This document shows positions 28,831 to 42,471 of a DNA stretch of 64,000 nt, one piece after another. Numbering within the stretch: position 1 is the stretch's first letter; every line of letters starts with the position of its first letter. A model generated the notes under the pieces. It was given only the letters and a program-made list of their open reading frames with translations, did not search any database and was not told where the DNA came from. A program made the position numbers and the translations under genes. The stretch comes from the human T2T-CHM13v2.0 reference genome, Homo sapiens: NCBI RefSeq assembly GCF_009914755.1, contig NC_060935.1. One strand, written 5' to 3'.

Positions 28831-29916
28831 AAGAAATATTAATTAAAAAATAATTAATCAATGGAGGCCGCCCACCAGTGTGAGAAGTGCTGTCTACACA
28901 TTTAACAGGCCTGATGCGAGGCTCTTCTGGGACTTAACCTTGGGCTCCACTCCACTTTCACCTCTCTAGGCTAGTGGCCTGCCCTGCGTGTGGGAATGGC
29001 TGCATTGAATTACGTGGACAGTGCTATAATTATGTCGTCTTCCCTTTCATCTTCCTTGCAGGACTCCAAGTGAGAATGTGTGGAGTGAGCTAATGATTTG
29101 CCACATATCTCTGATGAGTACTATATTATTTGCATCATAATATTTTCATTTCCTCCCCCTGCACATAACGCCACATTGACAGCAAGGTCAGTTAAGTTAC
29201 TATAAGGGATTTTTAATGAAAACAATTATAAATTTAAAATAACTGTGTTTAAAGCATTTAACAATCACTAGGGTCAAGTGATTACAGCAGTTACAAGCCC
29301 CATGGGACATGTTCACACCAAAACAAAGTGAATAAATTACCTCAGCTGGCACATGTAATCACTAAGTGACCACAGGGGTCAGGCAGAGTAGAGCCCTGAA
29401 GACTTTCACGCAAAACCAATAATGAAAATTTATCAGTCAAAGGTGGGGGCGGGTGGCAAACATCAAGAATTAGTGAGTCCAGTGATAGACTGGAAGCGGA
29501 AATGACTCTCCATACAGCTTGAAGGGCCAGGAAAATGGCATTCAAAAACCCAGGGGACAGATGGAATCAAGATTCCTGGAAACAATATACAGGCAGGCTG
29601 GGGGGAGGTGGGAAATTAAGATGAAAGTGATCTATGGAGTACTGGGAAGTTCAAAGCCAAACCAAATGCCACGTTGGTATAAGGATGACTATCCTTATCC
29701 AGAAACCTGTTGCAGGGACTGGAAATGCATTGGGAGGCCTCCTACCTAGGGCAATGAGGGATAGGACAGGATATTAACAACAAAATGATCATGTCTAACA
29801 TTTACATGACATTTGACATCTTCCAATAAGGCGCCTTCAATTTCATCCTCACGACTCTGTGACAACTTCCCCTTGTTGTAGAAAAGAGGGGGCTGAAGCC
29901 CAGGGAAGCAACACAT

Positions 29917-30075
<159 letters not shown>

Positions 30076-30193
30076 TAGCATTCAGCGGAGGAAAACTAAC
30101 AACAAAGAAGGATATGCAGAAAGAGGTAAAATAAGAAGACCTCACCAAAGAGGTGGCATTTGAGCAGAAATTGACAGACTGAAGAGATGATTA

Positions 30194-30578
<385 letters not shown>

Positions 30579-32926
30579 GAGAGAGAACAGGGGAGAAAAC
30601 AGTAACACACAAGTCCAAAGAGTGAGGGAGAGGCCAGAGAGAAGTGTGGTGGGAAATTAAGGTGGACAGATAGGTTGGACCAGTTCATGAAGAGCTCTGA
30701 ATACCACAGTAGACTCCATTCCATCTGTTCATGGTTCCTAAAATGCATTCCACAAAAATATCAGTATGTTGGGAGGGCCCATAACAAAGAGATACCAAGT
30801 CTTCATCAGTAAAAATGGTGATAACAGCATCAACCAGCCTCAGAGTGTTGTGAGGATTAAATGAGTTAATGCAGGTAGAGGGTCAGGCTATAGTGGGTGA
30901 TCAACAAGTGTTAGATATTATTATTGGGGGATTCCAGGAGAGATGAATGGCAAGTTGGGGTTTGGCAGTCTTTTTAGGCACCATAGAGGTCAGAAAGACA
31001 CTCAGGAAGTGAAATGAATAAAATGTAGTCATAGTTCCAGGAGGTTCAGGTACCTGGATTAATGGTACTGTGAGTCAAAAGGGGAATTTAAAAGAACAAG
31101 CAATATTTGGAGGCGATATATTTCAGTTTGAGGTATTATTGGTTTTGAGGTGTCTGTGTACTTTCTACCATCTATGTCAAAATATCTGGTCTCCAGTTAG
31201 ATGCAAGTATTTGGAAAGAGGGAATGATTAAGATAAAACCAGCACTCCATTCTAACAATAAAACCTCAAATAATTAGAATAATCTCCTAGGTTTTGATAG
31301 GCAGACTTACCCTATGATGAGAAATGTCATCATATCAGAAGGAAAGACAAAGCCCCCAGTCCTAGGCCTCCCACTGACAAATCTGTGCAAAATTGGGCAA
31401 GATCTTTGAACTCTCTGAGTTCTAGCTGCCTCATTTACAAAATGGGGAAAAAATAATGACAATCAGAGACTGGATGCTAAATGCAGTGACTTTGCTTCTG
31501 CATTCTCAGTGCCTCCCACAAAGCAGTAACCTGGCCCTCAGGAGACACTTAGAATATACACAAATAATCTTCTGAGGATGAAGTCTCTTCATGTGCTAGG
31601 ACACAAGAGTCCTGCTCTAGGATTTAGGGGGCTTCAGTGTTTCCTCTTGGACCAGATAGTTTGGAAAAGTTGAGAACTTTTTTGTTTTCAAAGAGCCGCT
31701 TTTTTATTTTGTTTAACAGTGATACAATTTTCATACAGTAAAATTCCTAAAAGGTCACCCTTTTCAGGAAAGTGCTTTCCTGGCTTTTCTGCTAAGCTGA
31801 TGAAGTAATAATTATGTATGTCTTGCCTATGTTTTTTTCTCTTTAGGAGATGGGGAGATTTCAGGAAAGGAGAAAGTAGGAAGCTTAAGAATTGAAGGCT
31901 GGAACACAGAGTCAACTCAGTGACTTCAGCTCTAATGGTGGCTCCAATGTGACCCAGCCTGTCCTTCCACCTTTCTGGATCTCCACCCATCCATCAGTAA
32001 GACAGAGATAATACTATCTGCCCATATCAACTCCCCTGAAACAATATAAGCATTAATGATCTAATATACTCAAAAGGTACTTTGAGTCCTTTGGAGGAAA
32101 GATGTCATATAAATTAAAGGCATAATAATTTATGTAATTTAAGAAAATGGCTGCCCATAACACAGAGGATTGGGTTCACATGGACCACAAAAGACCTAGT
32201 CATCTTGTCCTCAGGTCACTAATGATCCTTTCTAATGGAACAAAATCCAATCTTACTTATTTGAGCATATTCAACTATGCTGTGTTTGGGTTCATTATTT
32301 TCCCCCAAGTACTTTACTTAATTCTGTTATCAAAATTGAACTACACTTTAATTTTGTCCTTATTGGAAAGATGCACTTTTATATGAATTAGACCATGAAG
32401 TAATTCATATAGGAAAAAAATTATTCAATGTAAAGAAAGACACACAGATAATAAGCATGAATCAACTGTTACTTGTATTAAGCAAATACTCTTATCCTGT
32501 ACTATTACAGACAAAACAAGCTGTGTTACAGCTACCTGATAGAACATACAGGCAACTCATAGACACCTACTGAAATCCTAGAATTACACACCACGACAAG
32601 GACAACAATGATGATGAGAAAGGGGAAAGAAAAAAAAATAGAAAAAAGGACCCTAAGTGGATTTCTTGAACTAGAAAGAGAAGCTTTCAATAAATCATAA
32701 CTCTAGGATGGTTGCTAGGAAAACCAAATTATGAATCAAAAACTTAAAAGTATAGCATTTTAGATACTGTTTTTGTGAACAAGCTAAAGATTAAGAAACT
32801 ACTTGAGTATTAAACTCTCAACAGTAAGAATCAGAGATCTTGACTCTAGGGAAACCTCTGGCATATTCTCCTTTGTAAATCATAGGAAGAGTTAATCTTA
32901 TCTGCCCTTCCTAAAGCCTTCTACCT

Positions 32927-33011
32927 GGTGGAGGTTGCAGTGAGTCGAAATCGTGCCACTGCACTCCAGCCTGGGCTACAGAGCAAGAATAAATCTCAAA
33001 AAAAAAAAAAA
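32927..33011 (+). mobile_element. Severely 5'-truncated Alu (about 70 nt plus poly-A)
   Basis: ggtggaggttgcagtgag...ctcaaaa; TSD aaagccttctacct / aaaggctcctacct. Confidence 0.88.
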
Positions 33012-33186
33012 GGCTCCTACCTTTACCTCTTTATTAGATATGACTGTTAGGTAATCATAAACTTGCATGACTATAAACATTCCAGTGAGGCTGCTCTGCT
33101 CAAATCCTTTCTGAAGTGATTCTTTGGGAAGTGCCAGGTACTTTACTAGAGAAAAGTTGCCAGGTATCAATCTCTATTTTCTATTT

Positions 33187-33523
33187 TTTTTTATTTTTTT
33201 AATTTTTTATTTTTTTGAGATGGAGTCTCCCTCTGTCGCCCAGGCTACAGTGCAGTGGCCCAGGCTAGAGTGCAGTGGCGTGATCTCGGCTCACTGCAAG
33301 CTCCGCCTCCCAGGTTCACGCCATTGCCCTGCCTCAGCCTCTCGGAGTAGCTGGGACTACAGGCGCCCACCACCACGCCCAGCTAATTTTTTTTTGTATT
33401 TTTTCAGTAGAGACGGGGTTTCACCGTGTTAGCCAAGATGGTCTCGATCTCCTGACCTCGTGATCCGCCCGTCTCGGCCTCCCAAAGTGCTGGGATTACA
33501 GGTGTGAGCCACCGCGCCCGGCC
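33187..33523 (-). mobile_element. AluY with an internal 20-nt tandem duplication
   Basis: Y-diagnostic text (gcaagctccgcc, accgtgttagcc, gtctcgatctcc), many CpGs retained, 14-bp TSD tctattttctattt. Confidence 0.93.
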
Positions 33524-34556
33524 TCTATTTTCTATTTAAAATGGCATCTCCTACCTTGCCCAGTTCACCAGCTCCAGTTCCTAATATTTTTTATTGTTTC
33601 AAAAAATCAGAAATCTTAAATGTGTGAACCATGCCTGGAAAGTATTATGTGAAAGAGTTGTTTTTTTTTTTTTTAATTAAAAACTGCCCTTGGTAACCTG
33701 GTGAATAAAGCCTGGTGCTGGAGATTGTTAAGACAGGAGCCGGTGGGCAAGGGTGGTTTCTGGAAGGAGGGGTGGTGACGCTGGAGGGGAGAGAGAGTGG
33801 GTCAGAATAAAGAGGGGAACAGAGGGGAGAGGACAGGAAATGGGGAAGAGGGAAAGGGAAAGGAGAGGCCCTGCTGCCCTGCTTCTGTGGTTCAGATGTT
33901 AATCAGAGTCTAAGGAGAGGTCTATGTAAGTTTGGTCTGGGGTACTTGGAAGGGGACAGCATCAGGTTTCTGGTGGCCAGGTAGGGCCACTGTGTCACCG
34001 TTTTCTCTGTTGCACAGGCAGAGTGGGCCACAGGCCAGCAGGTCGCTATGACACAAGAGACTTCAGGGCCACCTTCTCCAAGTTCTCCCCTCCCCCTGTC
34101 TCTCCAATTCCTGCCCTCCCCAGGAGTAACAGAACCTCAACAACAGAGCATGAAAGAGCTGTCACTGCACAGCATGCTCGGAAAATGTCACAGCAGCAAA
34201 TAACATTTCCTGACCATTCACTACTTGTACACATTGGGTCTCCTTTATCTTACTTAACTTCACAGCAATCTTTAGAGGCTGGATACACTAAGCATTAATA
34301 AGTCTCCTTTTACAAATGAATACATTGAAGATCACAGAATTAATAATGTTGAAACCAGGATTTAAATATAGGCAGGCTCAATCCAATACTCATGCTTGTA
34401 ACCTAATACCACACTGCCTTTTTATACACAATACACACACACACACACATGCACATCTACCACACCACAGGATACACACCAGCCATTAACAGTAGTTACA
34501 TGTGAGCTTTATAGGATATATTGGCAATTTTAATTTTTTTCTGTATCACTATTTAC

Positions 34557-34852
34557 TTTCTTTTTTTTTCAGACGGAGTCTCGCTCTGTTGCCCAGGCTA
34601 GAGTGCAGTAGCACGATCTTGGCTCACTGCAACCTCTGCCTCCCGGGTTCAGGTGATTCTCATGCCTCAGTCTTTTGAGTAGCTGGAGCTATAGGCACAC
34701 ACCACCACACCTGACTAATTTTTGTATTTTTTTAGTAGAGACAGGGTTTTGCCATGTTGCCCACGCTGGTCTCAAACTCCTGACCTCAAGTGATCCACCC
34801 TCTTTGGCTCCCAAAGTGCTGGGATTATAGGCGTGAGCCACCGTGCCTGGCC
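34557..34852 (-). mobile_element. AluS
   Basis: Reverse Alu consensus; TSD-like tca(c/t)t(a/g)tttac. Confidence 0.93.
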
Positions 34853-34914
34853 TCATTGTTTACATGTTTTTACAATGAACATGTGAGCTTTCATAATTAG
34901 AAAATCGTTTACAG

Positions 34915-35052
34915 GTTTTTATTTATTTATTTATAATTGAGACAGGGTCTCACTATGCTGCCCAGGTTGGTCTCGAACTCCTGGGCTCAAGTGATCCTTA
35001 GGCTTCAACCTCAAAGTAGCTCAAACTACAAGTGTGTGCCACTGCATCCAGC
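34915..35052 (-). mobile_element. Monomeric Alu (FLAM-like)
   Basis: (TTTA)n followed by gagacagggtctcactatgctgcccagg...ctgggctcaagtgatcc. Confidence 0.8.
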
Positions 35053-35149
35053 TATCGTCATCTTTTAAAACCCTTTAAAGGGTGAAGATTTGCTGCCACT
35101 GAGGGTACCCAAAAATATGTGACACGGACTCTCAAATACTACTGAGAGT

Positions 35150-35935
35150 ATCATGGAGAAATTGCAATCTTTATGAAGAGAAATTTGATAATACATAATT
35201 TTTTAAAAATACACATCATCTGAAGAAACAATTCTACTTCTAGGAATATATCCTATGAATATAATTAAGGATGTTTGCAAAGAGAGAGCAAGAAAGATGT
35301 TCATCACTTCAGTGCAAGTAGAATAATAAAAGAATGGAAATACCTTATGTATCTAGCAAGAGATCTAGCTAAATAAAAAGTGCATCAGTACAACAGAATG
35401 CTATGCTGACACAGAGCATGATGTGTTCATTTTTTAAGTTACAAGATTACACTCATAGTTTTATCAATTTTAAAAAATAGTCCTTAATAAAGACCCTAAA
35501 TGGGTGAAGATTTCCTGCTATTGAGGATATTATAAAAAGAAACAGAAAGTAGAAAAAATTTTGAAATGTTATACATCAAATAGTAAGTAATTACTTTGGA
35601 AATATAATTATGGAGGAATGTATATTTTATACTTTACACACATCAAATATTTGGATTTTTATAATGTTATGTGTATCTTACAATGAAAGTATTCTTCTTG
35701 GGAAAAAGTATTTTAACCACATTCAGTGATGTGAAAAGTGGTTCATAATATATCGTTAAGATGAAAAAGAGACTACAAAGCAATACAACTGTAAGACTTA
35801 TATTTTGGCAAAAGATATTTGTGTGTGTGTGTGTGTGTGTATTTATAGAAGACATTCTACATGAATTCACACTAATGTTAACAGTAGTTACATCTGTTCA
35901 TAGGTAATTTTGTTTTCTTCTTTTCACTTATCTCT
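35150..35935 (+). mobile_element. Old L1M/L1ME fragments with (GT)10 at 35821-35840
   Basis: caattctacttctaggaatatatcct and ttaacagtagtta are L1 3'-region motifs. Confidence 0.55.
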
Positions 35936-38900
35936 AAGTTAAAAGGAATGCACATGTATAACATATATTATAAGAATAAAATAAACAGCCTTGGCGGTGA
36001 AGGTTTTTCCTAAAGACCAGCTCCAAAACTTTGGGCCAATAGCAGGATCACTAGAAAGGGAATATAGTCTTCTGAGAGAGGCAAAAATTGATTTGTATGT
36101 CTGCAATCTGGGATGTTGGTTACAGTCACACTCTGTTACAGCCATGTCTAACAAAATGCTCTTACAAATATGAATGACCCTCTTCTTGAGATTTTCCTTG
36201 AAGCATTTTTGTTCTCCCTTTTAGGGCTGGAGAAACTGAAGCTCGGAACTATTAAATGACAATCCAGACCAAAGAAAGGCCATAATTGAAAGGCCATAAT
36301 TAAAAGTTCATGGCAATGATGCTGTGTTAAAAGGAATTTTTGACTGACTGGATTGTTATACGTAAACTTTTGACTGAAAGAATAGACCACCCAAAAACTC
36401 TGCCTTTCTAATTATAAAGTGGGAAACTCAACAGCAACAATATACCCTTCTTATTTCTGCACAGTATATAGGAATCAACAACAACAGCCAATGGGATATT
36501 ATAAGTTCTTTGAGAATAAAAGAAAAAGGAAGGGGAGGGAAGGATTAGGCACTATACATACATAATTTTAAAGTTTGGCCAAAAGCGGAGGCAGGAAAAA
36601 ACATCTTGTACCTTTATGTTCATCCACTCACTCAATGATTCAACAAACATTTGTGTACACCAACAATGTTCCAGGCCCTATACTCAGAACCAGGCATACC
36701 AAGAGCACTCATTATGCACACTGCTGTCTGGTAGGGCAGAGAAACAAGTAAACAATGGCATAGCCATGGGAAGGGATGCACAGACTGGTGACTGATGTGT
36801 TAAGGAAAGTAGCTTACTGTGAAAGAGAATCTGTCATAAAGGATGAGTTCTCCTAGAGACGGTCATTCCAGGAAGTGGGAACAGCGTTTTCAAAGGGAAA
36901 GAGGTGTGAAGGGACATGTTGCATTTGAAAAATGGGAAGAAACTGGGTATGGGCATAAGGGAAAATCAGAAATAAGAAGGTGGATGTGCAATCAAACGAT
37001 GAGATCTTCTAATGCCTATTTGTGTAGCATCCATGAGCATAAACTGCAATATTCAAGAAGGCTACCAAAAGTATTCTGAAGATGAAAGCACAACAGGGAC
37101 AAAATTGAGGGAACAGTAAGTAATCTCAAAGAAGCACAGGTGGAAGGAACACAGGGCCAACGTGCAGGAAGAACACACATGGTAAGAGGCCTTGCAAAAT
37201 GTACCTTTAGAGAATGTGGTATTAGAAGCCACTGATGTTCAAGGCAATAAAAATAATCACATTTTAACTGACAGGTACTTTATCTAGTTCACAAGTTTAT
37301 TTTTAAGCCAAGTCTGGGATTGGTATGCATTTTTGCTAAGATAAGAAGGAAAATGTTATTAACTATTAGGTGGCAGGGTCCCAGTTCAACTCACCAAAGC
37401 CTATTCATGGCTTACCTAGAACACATCTTAGCTAAAATGTTAATGAGACAATAGGAGCTGACTATCACTTTAAAAAGTATTTCTTTAAGAAGGATTCATC
37501 TGTACCTCTCTCCATATACTCTGGCAATAAATCTTTGACAATAAGAAGCCACTTGTCCCTCTGACCCTAGACTAGATGCCCTGAAGACAGCACTACGGGC
37601 AGCAGCCAGGTGAAGAGAGGCACAGGTTGTCTGGGCAAATGGAGGACTGGGATGTCTGATTAGCCAGACTGGGGAGAGATGGAAAACAGGGGCTCTGTCA
37701 CTCCCTCCAGCTGTCTGATATAGGGATTCAAAGTTTCATTCCCCAATCCATGGTAGAGATTTGGGAGGAAAGGGGCCAATGCGGTGGTAGCTGCAGTTTT
37801 TAGAATATCCTGATCATTTCAAGTGTTCATAAGTGGGAAATGCTTGCCCAAAAAGACGATATTTCCAGGCTACCATCAGTAGCTACTCATTTCCAGGACT
37901 GGTCAATGAAATGCTAATGTCATAACATAATTTAGACTGTTCTTTGGAGCTTACATGACTGGCTGCATCTGTAGAATTCTTTACGGGTATTTGCTTTGTT
38001 GTAACTCACCAAAGTTGTCTACACCAAATGGGGAGAATACTTCCCTACCTCATAATGCTCTTCCATCGGCCAGCTTATGTAGAGAGGCTGTGCCACAAAA
38101 CAGCTTTCTCAGGAAATAAACCACCTTAGGCCCTGAACATATGTACGTGTAAGTACTTGTGTTAAAAGGAGGCAGTTATTCGAAGAACCATGGTTTTACC
38201 CAGGATGTAGTTCCTCCAACAGATTTCAAGCCCCACTCTGGGAAGAGAGGTAAGGAAATACATTTGGAAATTGGAGTCTGATGGACGTAAGTCCAAATCC
38301 TGAGGTCACTGCTGAACTGTTAAGTTCACCAAGGCTCAGTTTCCTCACACGTTAAAAGGAAGCTAATAATACCTACTTCACAAGTTATTGTGGGGGTTGT
38401 ATGAAATGACACATGTAATGCAGGGGTACAGCATCTGGACCTTACCTCCCATAGACAATACATGTTAATACATGTTAGTTCACCCACCCCATCCTGCCCC
38501 ATCCAAATTCTATCCCAACTTGGCTATTAATTATCTGCGAAACCGTGGACAATTCATTAAATCTCTCCAGTCTCAGTTTCCACTTCTATCAGATTAGGAG
38601 GTAGGACTCCATGGCCTTCAAGGTCTCTTCCTGTCCTAACATTCTGTCTGGTTAGTGTCACTGTTATAAGGGAGGCTCATTTTTATACATTTTGGTGCTC
38701 CCTCTTTACACTCTGGATCCCTCTTTAAATGCCCAGGGCCAGCTCCTTTTAACTTCTGCTTTTGGGATTCTATGCCACTGGCTCTGTTGGTTTCCTCTAC
38801 TCTATTAGTTGAAAGTTGTATACAGGCCAGAGGTTGTTCTAAGAACAGTATGAGCTTTATCACAGAGCATATCCTCACAACCACCGTAAGGTGTATTATC

Positions 38901-40859
38901 ATTATGATGCCCATTTTGGAAATGAGCAAATCAAGGCTTGAGAGTTTACACAACTTAACAAAGGTAGTGAATTCAAAACTGGCTGGGTCTTCCCAGTTGC
39001 TCATAATCATTACATGTTATACTCCCCTTCCATCCTGTAGTGATATCTGGTTTGAGTTCAATCTTCTTATGACCTAAGATGAAGCTGTGCTCGATTATCT
39101 GATAAATTACGCATGTTAATGACTTTGCCTGTTACTCCTACTAGGTGACATATGTACAGATTAACCAGGGATCATCATCTCTGAACCAACAAAGAACTCA
39201 TGATGGGATTCCCTGGCCTTGCAGCTGCTAAGTCAAGGGTGAGATTTAAGATGGGCAGAGCTTAAACACATCTTTCAAATACGTGCAATATTAGCACATA
39301 GCCAAACAGCTACTCAACTTCCACATGAAGCTGCCAGAAGCTACAGCACTTTCTAGTACAAGCTTCAAATGTGCATGCTTCCAGATGCCACAAGCCCTGT
39401 CATAATATCACAGAATGACAAAGGAAAAGGGCTCACACTTTGGAGTCAGACAGCCCCATGTCTACTAGCTGAGTGTACTTGGGTGGATACTCAGCCACTA
39501 TGAGCTTCTTACATACTAAATGACCTTGGGTAAAATGGGGATAACATTAGCAACTTCAGAAGGATGTTACAGGTATAGAGGGAGTGCCTGGCCTATAGTA
39601 GAAACAACTTAGCTCAGAGACAGAATAAAGGAGCTTGGGGGACAGTCAGGTTGTTTTCAATAATCAGGGTAGTCTACACTAGAGTAGAAAGCCAGAAATC
39701 AGAGATTCAGTGGACTCCAAATGCCTACCAAATCTGTGAGACCCATGCCCCACTGACAGTCGGATGCCCTATTATGGAAAAAGCCCTAAAACCCTAGATT
39801 GATCTGACCTCTGACTCCACTCTGCCAGGCCACCTGGCAGCTGCTGCTAGAAGCACCCTTTCAGAAAGGGTCCTCATTGAGCCAAGTGGTAGAGTGTTAT
39901 CACACACCATCTCTTACCCTCTGAGCACCATGAGGTTGCCTGGGTAACAGTGAGCTATTCTTGGCCTTCTCTATGGGATCCCAACTTCTCTAACCATATC
40001 CCAGGGCTCCCTTCGATCTCACATTCTGCAACCCATGCTGAAACCTCTTCCTCCTGTCTCACCAGATCATAGGGGAAATAAGAAGAGAAGGCACTGACCA
40101 TGCAGCTGTGCCTTGGCATTTTATTTCCTTATCATTGTATTTCCTTAGTTATGACACATTTCCATTTATGGAGTACTTTCCCTTATAAAATCTCCCAGTG
40201 TTTACTTCTGATCTACTAAATAATTCCTCTGGCCTCTTCTTTTTACCCTTTAAATATATTTTGATGGTTCATTTGGCACATTCCCCATTCAGTTATTAAT
40301 GGCCCACAAAAACTTACTAGCAGCAATCATTTACTGATTAATCTACACAACAATCCAGAAAGACAAGTAGTATTAATCCTTCGTCCTGCAGAGGGAAACC
40401 AAGGGGAAAAGGAAGGTTAACTCAGTTTCCCAAGGTCAGTGGCTAAACAAGATTATAACCAGCCCTAACCTGTCCTCCATTTCTATAAACACTTCCCACA
40501 GTGCTGTTGTCTTCCTTTAAAAATCAACATTGTCAACGCAGCTCGATAATTTCTGTGTTGAAATTCCATTGACACAGACTAGTTCAAAACTCTCAAGATT
40601 TACCAACAATAATTTTAACTGCTAATAGTTCATGGATGAAAGTTGCTAAAATAAAGAGATTATTGTAGAGAAAAAAGACATAAGCGAAAAGATCTGGATT
40701 TAGAACCAACTCTGCCACTATGAAACTGAAAAAATCACTTAACTTCTCTACATCTCTGTGTCATCTGTAAAAATGAGATTATGCTAAATAATATTTAAAA
40801 TATCTTGCCATTTTAAATAACATGATTAAGTACCTACTAAAACAGCACAAAATATAAAT

Positions 40860-41350
40860 GCTCCAACATCCAATGCTGCCAAGACCATGATAAAACTAGT
40901 ACCTATACATTCATTCACTGCTAGTGAAACACACAGCTACAGTGCCCTTGAAAAGCAACATGCCAACATGTAGCAAAAACCATAAAGAATTTCATATCCT
41001 TTGACTTAGCAAATTAAGTATAGTATTTTTCCCTAAGAAATAAATCAATAGAAACAAAACGACATACACAAACAAAAATGCACATTTCAGTGCTAGCTAC
41101 CAGAGGAAAAATTGTTATCAATTTAAATGCTCATTTTTAGAGAGATGTCTTATTAAAGAAAGGCATAGCCAACCATATGAATGCCATGCTGCTATTAAAA
41201 AGAATATGAAAATTATGCAAAAACGTTTTAAGTCTTACCAATAAATACTATTAAATGAAAACAGCCAAAAGTCAAAAAGCAGATATGTACTCAGATGTCA
41301 ACCATACAAAATGTGAACAGATGAGCAAAGTCACATGAAAAATCAAAATA
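40860..41350 (+). mobile_element. Old L1M fragment
   Basis: Degenerate L1 ORF2-end/3'UTR motifs (ttcatatcctttgacttagca, gctgctattaaaaag). Confidence 0.5.
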
Positions 41351-42289
41351 ATTATGTTATTAGTTAAGTTTATTGCTTACAATTCTAAAATATCATCTTT
41401 CCACTAACACGTCTTATCATTTAATCGAAAATTTAAAAAATTTTCAAACCCTGCTTTAGTTTGATGGAAAACAAAGTTGTAATGTTTTTGCCTAAATCTC
41501 CCAAGTTATTTTTGTTGGCTGACATATTATTGACAATGTTACGCTCCCAGAGTGACGTCTGCTCTTTACTATATAATTCTTTCGTCTTTAGGGATTCTAA
41601 AATCTCAGAACATTTGCACTTCTTTCCCTCCGCTAAGAGGAACCAGGATCCAATATTTTGCAGTAACTGACCTGTGGGTGCCTCCACAATATCCAGAAAA
41701 TTGCTATTATCCTTTTTACAGGACACAGGGCAACTTCACATCCCAAGTTTTTACTTTACAGTAATATATCTCATGTTTTCAGGGGTCTAGAACACCCTCC
41801 AGCTCACTTAGGAAATCCGCTCCCAAGCAGCACTGTGCTATAGGAATTTTGTTTCATATAAGGACTTTTATAACCCCTTCATTTCTTAGAAATGTTCTCT
41901 TACTAGTAGGTCATTTGTATATCTTTGCTTATAATATCTGGGGAAAAAAAGATTGCAGAGCCAATGAATTAAAAATATGATTCTAGGTCTCCTGTGTGCC
42001 AATGAATGCCCTCATTAAAGCAGAATGAGTGAGATGAGATGGGTTTCAAAGCTTTCCATCCCTTTGCCCCAGAGCCACCAAGGCCAGGCACTGAAAGGAT
42101 GCACAGTAAAATTAAATATCTAAAAATTCATCTTTAATTAACAGAATTGGATTAAAGCTAGACACCACCGCATATCATACGAGAAATGGCTGAGCTGGCT
42201 TCCAAGTGCTCTAATTCAATTAGGACGCAGTGAGTGACACTCGGACGGGAAAGGTTAATTGGGGCCGCCAGAACGCAATCATTCCTTAC

Positions 42290-42471
42290 CTAACCAGTCA
42301 TTAAACTTCTTAACCTCTGAGGGCAGTCCCAGCTCGGTGAAATCGCCTGTGTGGAGAAGGATGTCCCCATAAGGCATCTGGATACCATCTGTTCTGGAGT
42401 GTGTGTCTGAGATGCAGACAAACCGCGTGTGGCCCGCTGGTTTTGGAGTGTCATATGGGATGGGGTCGACC
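42290..42471 (-). CDS. MPPED2: MPPED2 coding exon (probably exon 3), 182 bp: (M)VDPIPYDTPKPAGHTRFVCISDTHSRTDGIQMPYGDILLHTGDFTELGLPSEVKKFNDWL(G)
   Basis: Translation contains metallophosphoesterase motifs I (SDTH) and II (GDFTE) and matches MPPED2 as I recall it, rather than MPPED1. Acceptor ctactttAG|G at 42473-42472; donor TTAG|GTAAGG at 42289-42288. Phase 2 in, phase 1 out. Confidence 0.96.

Noticed and set aside
34486-35894. Identical ttaacagtagttacat at about 34486 and 35879
   Set aside because: Both lie in L1M 3'-end-like sequence, so shared repeat ancestry explains it.
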